Shown here: positions 49,321 through 57,640 of the stretch, piece after piece | Numbering within the stretch: position 1 is the stretch's first letter | Layout of the letters: each line of letters starts with the position of its first letter | IMG/VR virus record: IMGVR_UViG_3300032315_000647 | Location: 1 to 64,000 of that record | Reading direction: 5' to 3' (one strand) | DNA: 64,000 bases | DNA from: a virus | Translations under genes and position numbers: made by a program | Notes under the pieces: model-generated | The model's database searches: none | Told to the model about the DNA's origin: nothing | What the model saw: the letters and a program-made list of their open reading frames with translations, nothing else

Positions 49321-50132
49321 TTGTAGTTGAATCTATTAAAATACCATTGAAAGTTATCTTTTATCCATTTACAAACGTCAGCTCCTAATATTTTTTGAGC
49401 ATCGCTTCTTAAAGGTTCCACTTTCTTTCTAATTGTATGATCTCCAAAGATTCCATGAATTTCATCATCTTCCTGTGTCACTTGCTCTACATTATCAAAA
49501 TCATGAATGAAGTCTTCAATTCCAAGATATTGATATAACTGTGTCATTGTTGTCTGTGGATAGAGACACAAGTCTTCATACTTTATAAAATGAATATGTT
49601 TATCAATTCCTTGTCTGAATATTTCATTTAGTCTTTCAATTGCAAGTCCTACAGGAGGACCTGCTAACCATGCATCAATTCTTTTTGGTGTGGTAGTTCC
49701 TTGACCTGTTGTCCAGTTGAGAATCTTATCTTGCTTATCAGGATGTTTCCTAAAGTTTTTCTCCATGCTACAGAAGATATCTCGTAAGTCTCTTACCATA
49801 CAAACTATCTTAGGTTGAGGATATACAAAGTTGAGAAAATCATAATGTATTCCCCATCCTCTAGACTTGTCTAGAATATATCTTTTGTCTGTAATTGCAT
49901 TGTAATATCCTTTAAGACCTTCATGACAAAAGCCTTTAAAAGCTTCCTTCATAATAGCAGGATCTTGAGCTTTGAACTCACCGCTGTCTGTGTAATTAGA
50001 TCTTGCTGCATAAATCAGTTCAAGTACACCGCTGGTAGGAGTACAATAAAAATCAGGTCTCTGTGCAACAATGTTTTGCAAAAGAGTGCTACCAGTTCTT
50101 GGAAGTGAACTCTGAAAGAATATTTTCTCCAT
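49317..50132 (-). CDS. PAPS-dependent sulfotransferase
   Basis: LPRTGSTLL (5'-PSB), DKSR, VRD.RD...S (3'-PB), KYEDL. Confidence 0.88.
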   Translation of the reverse strand: MEKIFFQSSLPRTGSTLLQNIVAQRPDFYCTPTSGVLELIYAARSNYTDSGEFKAQDPAIMKEAFKGFCHEGLKGYYNAITDKRYILDKSRGWGIHYDFLNFVYPQPKIVCMVRDLRDIFCSMEKNFRKHPDKQDKILNWTTGQGTTTPKRIDAWLAGPPVGLAIERLNEIFRQGIDKHIHFIKYEDLCLYPQTTMTQLYQYLGIEDFIHDFDNVEQVTQEDDEIHGIFGDHTIRKKVEPLRSDAQKILGADVCKWIKDNFQWYFNRFNYK

Positions 50133-51014
50133 TTAGTTGGTTTTGAGAGATTCAATTATCTCTTCAGCATTGAATATCTCTGTTTCATTATTATATGGAA
50201 ACTCTACTGGGTTTCCTACAATATTAAACTTCTGTAGGTAACTACCTCTTAAGTCAGGTTCTATAGTGAAAGGATTTGCAAGAATATTATGATTCCAATC
50301 ATATCCAAACACTGTAGGACTATTCACTATCCAACACACTGTTGAAGGAAGTTTATATGCAGCAGCTGTATGTTGAGCAAAGCTATCCATGAATAACCTC
50401 TTATCACTTCTTTCAATAACAGCAGCAATCTCTCTAAAGGTAGCAGTTAAAGTGGTTGTATGTGGAATAAAAGGTTGATTCTCTCTTCTAATTTGCATTA
50501 TAAAATAATCATCCTTCAGAGCATTAACAACATCTTGTGCCACTCCAAATGGAATATCTCTAGACCAACTATATAAAACATCTTGATTCTCAGCTCCTCC
50601 ATTAGTTTGAATAATCAATAGAGGCTTGTCAATATTGAAGTTACGAAGATAGAATTCTCTTTCTCTCTGTGTAATAAACAACTCAGGAGCTTCCCCATCA
50701 TAAGAAAGACCATACATCTCACACCATATTTTAATAAGATGCTCCTCACAATAGAGATGTTTTTTCTCTAGATAAGGATCTTGTAAAAAAAAGTGTTCTG
50801 TAAGTTTATCCTCAATAAAGTCTTTATAGAAATAAGATGTTTCACCAAAGTGTAGTATCCTGTCTATATTAGGGTTACCTCTAAAAACATCAGGAAATCC
50901 AGAAACAACAATCAACAGATGATTTGGATATTTCTTTTTAATAGCAGAGCATACAGCTGTTGCCATAATACTCTTTCCTATTCCTCCGTTAATCTGGAAG
51001 ATTATACGCTTCAT
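50133..51014 (-). CDS. GT9 (ADP-heptose transferase-like) glycosyltransferase
   Basis: GGIGK.IMATAV..AIKK.YP, NPNID, FMDSFAQH.AAA...PSTV.W, FGY..N. Confidence 0.8.
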   Translation of the reverse strand: MKRIIFQINGGIGKSIMATAVCSAIKKKYPNHLLIVVSGFPDVFRGNPNIDRILHFGETSYFYKDFIEDKLTEHFFLQDPYLEKKHLYCEEHLIKIWCEMYGLSYDGEAPELFITQREREFYLRNFNIDKPLLIIQTNGGAENQDVLYSWSRDIPFGVAQDVVNALKDDYFIMQIRRENQPFIPHTTTLTATFREIAAVIERSDKRLFMDSFAQHTAAAYKLPSTVCWIVNSPTVFGYDWNHNILANPFTIEPDLRGSYLQKFNIVGNPVEFPYNNETEIFNAEEIIESLKTN

Positions 51015-51033
51015 GTAGAAATTATTGGTTTTA

Positions 51034-51041
51034 CAAATTTA
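51034..51041 (-). promoter_or_regulatory. -7 promoter box for the GT9-sulfotransferase-cysC operon
   Basis: TAAATTTG followed by AAACCAA; no clear -33 box. Confidence 0.45.
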
Positions 51042-51048
51042 CAAAATA

Positions 51049-51396
51049 TTATACAGTTATAATATCTGGACGATTTACAAATTCTACAACTTGCGTACCA
51101 ACAGTATTTGCAATTGCTGTTAAAACTACACTATCATCTTCACCCCAATCAGAAAGCTGTTCTTGTGTAAGAACAATATATTGTTCATACACCACATTAA
51201 ATGGTGGTAATGCTGGATCTGCAGGGGTACCTCCGTTATTAAATATTCCAAATACCACTCTAAAATTAGTAGACTCTCCTCCTAAAATATATGGACGAGC
51301 ATAGGCACTCATATATTCAGCATCAACAACTTTAAATTCAAATGCTGAAGTTTGAAATACAATTTTTCCTGTAGGATTGATCTTAGCAAATAACAT
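51049..51396 (-). CDS. hypothetical protein, possible fibre assembly/accessory factor
   Basis: ORF track; L..WG.DD motif; downstream of the fibre genes. Confidence 0.6.
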   Translation of the reverse strand: MLFAKINPTGKIVFQTSAFEFKVVDAEYMSAYARPYILGGESTNFRVVFGIFNNGGTPADPALPPFNVVYEQYIVLTQEQLSDWGEDDSVVLTAIANTVGTQVVEFVNRPDIITV

Positions 51397-51407
51397 AGTT
51401 TATGTTT

Positions 51408-52112
51408 TTAAATGATTCCAATACTAAACCTATTCTTAAATACATTGAAATTTTGTAACTCCTCATCAGGAGTTAGTGCTCTAGTATAAAAAAGAGCAGT
51501 TCCAATCCTTCCTCTTAGCTGAACACTACTTCCATTACTATTACGATTAATCATCCAAGCATTAGTGAAATTGACAGTTCCTAAGGATCCGTATGTGTTC
51601 GTAATCCTACTAGTATTATTTATTCTAATTGACATAGATAAAGTGGATGTGTCTCTCACTCCTGATACAAAATTCCAAACGTTTTGAGTTAATGTAGCGC
51701 TTGCAGACCTTCCACCACCGTCTGATACCATAGTGATATTACTAGGAGCAGTTGTTGTTAATCCAAATGTGTTCCCACCACTATTACTTGATGTAAATAG
51801 TCCAGCATTGTCATATTGTCCTTCTGTGTACATTATAACAACTTGCATAGTTAATCCTGAAAGACCAGTGTAAGATGCTGCACTGTTTATATTGAATACA
51901 GAAGAGAAAGGTGAGAAGTCACTGAAGTATATACCATTAAAAACATTGGGATAGAACGTAAATGTACCATTCATTGTGGCATCATAACCACTAATCAAAT
52001 CTTTCCAAGTTGTTCCTGTTCCTCCATAAGACCTTGTTTGGGCAGCATCGTACCACAATGCTAGTCCATTAGTAACCACTGGTATTCCTGAACTTGCTGC
52101 TATACCAAGCAT
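51408..52112 (-). CDS. LamG/concanavalin A-like lectin domain virion protein
   Basis: VTNGL.L.YDA....SY.GTGTTW.DL; W.FV.GV; G.IG....YTRALT.DE..QNFN. Confidence 0.8.
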   Translation of the reverse strand: MLGIAASSGIPVVTNGLALWYDAAQTRSYGGTGTTWKDLISGYDATMNGTFTFYPNVFNGIYFSDFSPFSSVFNINSAASYTGLSGLTMQVVIMYTEGQYDNAGLFTSSNSGGNTFGLTTTAPSNITMVSDGGGRSASATLTQNVWNFVSGVRDTSTLSMSIRINNTSRITNTYGSLGTVNFTNAWMINRNSNGSSVQLRGRIGTALFYTRALTPDEELQNFNVFKNRFSIGII

Positions 52113-52121
52113 TTTTAAGTT

Positions 52122-55100
52122 TTAAGCTGTTAAGTTACCAATTAAATACCATTCGTCAGTAGCCACCTTCATAAGTGTTACAGCACCATATTGGGCATTG
52201 AGCTTACGCCAACTGTTAGCGCTTCGCAAAGTTACGCCAGCACAAGCACAAACAGTAGTTTGACCAGCACCATATTGCGTAACATTCAAACAAGTACCAA
52301 TTGGGAAAGCCACTTGACTACATGCTGGAACACATATGTTGTTTGCAGCTCCGACATTCATTTCAACCGTCTTACCAGAATCAGCCAAAACTAATGCATA
52401 AGAAGCAGCTTGTCTATTGAACTGTGTCAGTCCATTAAGTTTACCACAAGAACAAACGTTATTGAAATATGCTGTACAAGCATCAAGACCAGTGAGTCCA
52501 CAGCCCATAACAATTGTATAATTGTTACAAGCTAAACTGCTCTGACCAAATGCTAAGGATCCACAACAGAATGCCTTGTTTGATTGTCCTCCTATAATAG
52601 CACTACTTCTACCAAGAGCACAGTTGTCAAATCCTCCTCCTACACTAGCATAAACACCTGATGCAGAGTTAGCACTACCTCCTGCTACAGTTGCATAAGT
52701 GCCTGCAATATTAACTGCACCCCCACCGACAGTACCGTAGTTTGAACACACACAATTTCGTGATCCACCTCCAACTGTTGCTGCTACAGCTGAACCAGCA
52801 AATGGACATATTAATCTATTTCTGTCTCCACCACCAATAGATCCAAAAGGTGTGTTGACATCTATTATATTACAAAAACCTCCACTTATTACCGAACAAC
52901 AGCTGTTCAGTATATTACAATTACCTCCTCCTATTGTACTATGTACTACATTACAAAGCTTATTTGAAGATCCTCCAACAATAGCTGAATAATATCCACC
53001 GTCAATTGCATTAGTACATCCTGATCCTATTAATGAAAATTGTCCAAAAAGCATTGAGTTGCCCTGACCTGAACTTATTCCAGAACCATTACTGTAAGTT
53101 GATATAGTATTACCATAACCGCCTGATATTACTGATTGACCAGAGAAATTTAATATTAAGTTAAGACTACCTCCTCCAACAGTTGAATCAGTTGAATTAA
53201 TACTGACACAATTTCCACTACCTCCTGAGATTGTTGAATAGTATCCTGAGGCTGTGTTATTACATCCTCCACTAACAGTGGCATAATTTCCTGTAGTGGT
53301 GTTGAGTTGACCACAACGAACACTAGAACCAGTCCCTGCACCAAGTATAATTACAGGCGCACTTCCTGAAAATGATGTACCAGAACTTCCAGAAGTTCCA
53401 GACGTACCAGCCCCTCCAGTAACACCGCTTGTTCCACTAGTTCCACTAGTTCCAGTTCCACCATTAACTCCAGAAGTACCTGATGTACCGTTATTACCAT
53501 TAACTCCAGAGGTACCGCTAGTACCTCTAGTACCTGATGTTCCAGACGTACCTGAAGAACCAGCAGCACCATTAACTCCACTGGTTCCACTCGTACCACT
53601 TGTACCTGCTGCACCAGTTCCACCATTTACACCAGATGTACCTGAAGTTCCTGAAGAACCTGCTGCACCGTTGATTCCTGACGTACCACTAGTTCCATTG
53701 TTACCATTAACACCGCTAGTACCAGATGTTCCATTTACACCAGAGGTTCCAGACGTTCCATTATTACCGTTCACTCCAGAAGTTCCACTTGTTCCCCTAG
53801 TGCCCGATGTTCCTGATGTACCACTTGTTCCAGCAACACCGTTAACACCACTTGTACCTGAAGTGCCAGAACTACCTGCTACACCGTTAACTCCTGAAGT
53901 GCCAGAAGTACCACTGCTTCCAGCTGCACCATTTACTCCTGATGTTCCGCTTGTTCCTGAACTGCCAGCAGCTCCATTAACACCACTAGTCCCACTAGTA
54001 CCATTTACACCCGAAGTACCTGATGTGCCAGCTGCGCCATTCACACCAGACGTTCCACTTGTTCCGTTAACACCTGAAGTTCCTGAAGTTCCGTTCACTC
54101 CACTAGTTCCAGAAGTTCCGTTATTTCCATTCACCCCAGATGTACCAGAGGTTCCTCGTGTACCTGATGTACCAGAAGTCCCTGTTGTACCACTAGTTCC
54201 AGATGTACCAGATGACCCTGCTGCACCGTTAACACCTGATGTACCGCTAGTACCTGATGATCCTGCAGCTCCGTTAGCTCCACTAGTGCCACTTGTTCCA
54301 GATGTTCCATTCACTCCACTTGTACCACTAGTCCCAGAGGTGCCATTATTTCCGTTAACACCAGAGGTCCCAGAAGTCCCTGTAGTACCAGAGGTTCCAC
54401 TAGTACCAGATATACCTGACGTACCGCTACTACCATTTGCACCAGAAGTTCCAGATGTGCCATTCACACCTGAAGTACCGCTCGTTCCTGAAGTGCCGTT
54501 AGCTCCAGATGTCCCAGAGGTTCCATTTATACCAGAAGTTCCGCTAGTTCCATTGTTACCAGAAGTACCAGACGTACCTGTAGTTCCACTAGTGCCAGAC
54601 GTACCATTAATCCCTGAAGTACCACTTGTACCATTAATGCCACTAGTCCCTGATGTACCATTGATTCCACTGGTTCCTGAAGTACCATTGACACCAGAGG
54701 TTCCATTTGTACCGTTGATTCCACTAGTGCCACTCGTTCCTCTAGTTCCACTAGTTCCTGATGTTCCACTAGTTCCATTCACTCCAGAGCTACCCGAAGT
54801 GCCTGTGGTACCACTTGTACCTGAGGTTCCATTGATTCCTGAACTACCAGAAGTACCGTTCACTCCAGACGTACCGCTCGTACCATTAACTCCACTCGTA
54901 CCACTCGTTCCTGATGTGCCAGCTAAGCCTGAAGTACCACTAGTTCCATTAATTCCAGATGTGCCTGATGTACCAGTTGTACCACTAGTGCCATTTAAGC
55001 CTGAAGTTCCAGATGTTCCGTTCGTTCCATTAATTCCAGAAGACCCACTGGTTCCACTTGTGCCATTTATTCCTGACGTGCCACTTGTACCTGAAGAACC

Positions 55101-57527
55101 ATTATTACCAGAAGTGCCACTTGTACCATTTATCCCAGAGCTACCAGATGTCCCACTTGTTCCTGTAACACCACTAGTTCCAGATGTACCGTTTGCGCCT
55201 GAGGTTCCACTTGTTCCATTAGTTCCATTTGCACCTGAAGACCCACTAGAGCCAGATGTTCCGCTGGTTCCATTAGCCCCACTGCTTCCAGAGGTACCGC
55301 TAGTTCCTGTGGTGCCTGAAGTTCCACTGCTACCAGATATTCCACTAGAACCCGAAGTTCCAGAACTTCCACTTGAACCAGATGTACCATTAGTGCCATT
55401 ATTTCCATTAACACCACTAGTTCCACTTGTTCCATTTGCGCCTGACGATCCACTACTTCCACTAGTTCCTGAAGTCCCATTTATTCCTGACGTACCGTTA
55501 GTTCCAGATAAACCTGATGTTCCACTCGTACCTGTGCTGCCTGAAGTTCCAGAGGTACCGTTTATACCAGAGGTCCCACTAGTTCCGTTAATTCCAGATG
55601 AGCCAGAACTGCCAGATGTACCGTTGATTCCAGATGTACCAGACGTTCCGTTTATACCTGAACTACCTGCTGTTCCTGAAGATCCACTAGATCCAGAACT
55701 ACCGTTTGTTCCACTAACACCACTTGTACCTGAGCTACCGTTTGAACCAGAAGTTCCTGATGTCCCATTATTACCGCTAGTTCCAGAGGAACCAGATAAT
55801 CCTGAAGTTCCACTACTACCTGATGAACCACTTGTTCCTGATGTTCCAGGTAAACCATTATTACCTGAAGTTCCACTTGAACCTGAAGTTCCTGAGGTTC
55901 CAGAAGAACCGCTCGTCCCTGTTATACCTGAAGAACCAGATGTTCCTGAAACTCCACTAGTCCCTGAAGACCCACTTATACCAGACGTACCATTAGTTCC
56001 GTTACTACCAGATGTACCAGAAGTTCCGTTGTTTCCTGAAGTTCCACTTGACCCACTGGTTCCAGAACTACCATTTATTCCAGAACTGCCAGATGTTCCA
56101 TTTATTCCTGAGCTTCCGCTCGATCCTGAGGTACCATTTATTCCACTAGTACCAGACGTGCCATTCAATCCTGATGAACCTGAACTACCAGACGTACCAC
56201 TTGTACCATTAGTTCCTGAACTACCTGAGGATCCATTAGTCCCATTTATACCTGAGCTACCACTTGAACCAGATGATCCACTAGTGCCTGAAGTGCCGTT
56301 GTTACCACTCGTGCCAGATGAACCGTTTATTCCTGATGTACCTGAGGTTCCATTAGAACCACTTGTTCCTGAACTTCCACTAGTTCCTGCAGTTCCTGGT
56401 AAACCACTACTTCCACTTGATCCACTTGTTCCTGACAAACCAGATGTACCAGATGTACCATTGGAACCTGAAGAACCACTAGTTCCTGCTGTACCATTAA
56501 TTCCAGATGTCCCACTAGACCCTGAACTACCGCTCGTACCAGCACTACCGTTTATTCCACTTGAACCAGAAGTTCCATTTATACCCGAAGATCCTGATGA
56601 TCCATTAGTACCAGATATTCCACTGCTACCAGATGTACCATTGAGCCCACTTGTTCCAGAGCTACCAGATGTTCCTGAGGTTCCATTACCACCTGAGGTG
56701 CCACTTGATCCGCTAGTGCCAGAGGTTCCTGAAGTGCCACTAGTTCCTGATCCTCCACCACCTGTTATTACCACTTGAGCATCACCACCTCCCAAATCAT
56801 TCACTGTAGCACCTGAGAATGTAATTTTGTCAACGTTAGTCACTGTGGTTGTGCCATCAGTCACTTCAACTATTGAAGATGTCCCACTGCTACCAGAGGT
56901 GCCAGAGGTGCCTCTTGTTCCTGAACTACCTGAACTGCCTGAACTTCCATTTGTGCCTGATACTCCACTTGATCCTGATGTTCCATTGCTACCTGACACA
57001 CCACTAGACCCTGAGGTTCCGTTACTACCTTGTATTCCGCTTATTCCAGAGGATCCAGAAGATCCAGATGTACCATTAGAACCACTCAATCCAGAAGTTC
57101 CTGAACTTCCAGATGTTCCAGCTGTTCCTGATATACCAGAGCTTCCACTAGTGCCGTTAGACCCTGATGTTCCTGATGTTCCTGAGCTACCGCTAGTGCC
57201 TGAACGTCCAGAGGATCCTGATGTACCACTACTTCCTGAACCACCTGATCCTGAACCACCTGATTCACAAACAGCCTCTAGTTTTTGTAATATTACCTCA
57301 AGATTATCATTTGTTCTAATCCCTGTACAGATTAAATTGGGTCCTTCATAGAAGACACAAGTTGCGTTCAATATGACAGGGCATGGCTTTATGGAACACA
57401 GCACTGTAGGTGTTGTGGGTATATTTATAGGAGGGCAGTAAATAGGAACATGGATACTACCAGAAGTACCAGAGGATCCACTAGATCCTGAACCACCATA
57501 AGATAATATAGAAGGTAGTACGTTCAT
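52122..57527 (-). CDS. very long tail/head fibre: Cys-rich N-domain, about 1250 aa of Gly-X-Ser/Thr triplets, beta-helix head, C-terminal adaptor domain
   Basis: Gly at every third residue (GTS/GSS/GIN/GVN); S/T-V/I-S/G-GG-x-x-N repeats; ends TDEWYLIGNL. Confidence 0.85.
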   Translation of the reverse strand: MNVLPSILSYGGSGSSGSSGTSGSIHVPIYCPPINIPTTPTVLCSIKPCPVILNATCVFYEGPNLICTGIRTNDNLEVILQKLEAVCESGGSGSGGSGSSGTSGSSGRSGTSGSSGTSGTSGSNGTSGSSGISGTAGTSGSSGTSGLSGSNGTSGSSGSSGISGIQGSNGTSGSSGVSGSNGTSGSSGVSGTNGSSGSSGSSGTRGTSGTSGSSGTSSIVEVTDGTTTVTNVDKITFSGATVNDLGGGDAQVVITGGGGSGTSGTSGTSGTSGSSGTSGGNGTSGTSGSSGTSGLNGTSGSSGISGTNGSSGSSGINGTSGSSGINGSAGTSGSSGSSGTSGINGTAGTSGSSGSNGTSGTSGLSGTSGSSGSSGLPGTAGTSGSSGTSGSNGTSGTSGINGSSGTSGNNGTSGTSGSSGSSGSSGINGTNGSSGSSGTNGTSGTSGSSGSSGLNGTSGTSGINGTSGSSGSSGINGTSGSSGINGSSGTSGSSGTSGNNGTSGTSGSNGTNGTSGISGSSGTSGVSGTSGSSGITGTSGSSGTSGTSGSSGTSGNNGLPGTSGTSGSSGSSGTSGLSGSSGTSGNNGTSGTSGSNGSSGTSGVSGTNGSSGSSGSSGTAGSSGINGTSGTSGINGTSGSSGSSGINGTSGTSGINGTSGTSGSTGTSGTSGLSGTNGTSGINGTSGTSGSSGSSGANGTSGTSGVNGNNGTNGTSGSSGSSGTSGSSGISGSSGTSGTTGTSGTSGSSGANGTSGTSGSSGSSGANGTNGTSGTSGANGTSGTSGVTGTSGTSGSSGINGTSGTSGNNGSSGTSGTSGINGTSGTSGSSGINGTNGTSGTSGLNGTSGTTGTSGTSGINGTSGTSGLAGTSGTSGTSGVNGTSGTSGVNGTSGSSGINGTSGTSGTTGTSGSSGVNGTSGTSGTSGTRGTSGTSGINGTNGTSGVNGTSGTSGINGTSGTSGINGTSGTSGINGTSGTSGTTGTSGTSGNNGTSGTSGINGTSGTSGANGTSGTSGTSGVNGTSGTSGANGSSGTSGISGTSGTSGTTGTSGTSGVNGNNGTSGTSGTSGVNGTSGTSGTSGANGAAGSSGTSGTSGVNGAAGSSGTSGTSGTTGTSGTSGTRGTSGTSGVNGNNGTSGTSGVNGTSGTSGVNGTSGTSGVNGAAGTSGTSGVNGTSGTSGVNGAAGSSGTSGTSGVNGAAGSSGTSGTSGVNGVAGSSGTSGTSGVNGVAGTSGTSGTSGTRGTSGTSGVNGNNGTSGTSGVNGTSGTSGVNGNNGTSGTSGINGAAGSSGTSGTSGVNGGTGAAGTSGTSGTSGVNGAAGSSGTSGTSGTRGTSGTSGVNGNNGTSGTSGVNGGTGTSGTSGTSGVTGGAGTSGTSGSSGTSFSGSAPVIILGAGTGSSVRCGQLNTTTGNYATVSGGCNNTASGYYSTISGGSGNCVSINSTDSTVGGGSLNLILNFSGQSVISGGYGNTISTYSNGSGISSGQGNSMLFGQFSLIGSGCTNAIDGGYYSAIVGGSSNKLCNVVHSTIGGGNCNILNSCCSVISGGFCNIIDVNTPFGSIGGGDRNRLICPFAGSAVAATVGGGSRNCVCSNYGTVGGGAVNIAGTYATVAGGSANSASGVYASVGGGFDNCALGRSSAIIGGQSNKAFCCGSLAFGQSSLACNNYTIVMGCGLTGLDACTAYFNNVCSCGKLNGLTQFNRQAASYALVLADSGKTVEMNVGAANNICVPACSQVAFPIGTCLNVTQYGAGQTTVCACAGVTLRSANSWRKLNAQYGAVTLMKVATDEWYLIGNLTA
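53372..57255 (-). repeat. 9-nt-period degenerate coding tandem repeat (Gly-Thr/Ser-Ser)
   Basis: Hundreds of GGN-ACN-(TCN/AGY) units, interrupted once at about 56760-56875. Confidence 0.9.
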
Positions 57528-57573
57528 AATTTGAGTGATGTATAATTTTTAATATATACGATGTATATATTAA

Positions 57574-57603
57574 CAAAATTATCTGTTAGTAATATATATT
57601 CAA
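57574..57603 (-). promoter_or_regulatory. Bacteroidota promoter for the fibre gene
   Basis: TTG-N19-TAATTTTG in an AT-rich intergenic gap. Confidence 0.5.
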
Positions 57604-57640
57604 TGACTTATGAAAAATTAAACTACATAATATAGCGATA

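Noticed and set aside
53372-57255. Possible CRISPR array or DGR-like repeats
   Set aside because: The periodicity is 9 nt and coding, with synonymous variation. There is no constant repeat with unique spacers, no cas genes, and no reverse transcriptase or TR/VR pair.
53671-57351. 1035-aa and 174-aa Pro/Val/Glu-rich ORFs on the + strand
   Set aside because: Antisense shadows of the GTS repeat. A stop in that frame needs a Tyr, His or Gln codon on the sense strand, which the repeat almost lacks; the long ORF ends at the Gln of the AQV interruption. No ATG start context.
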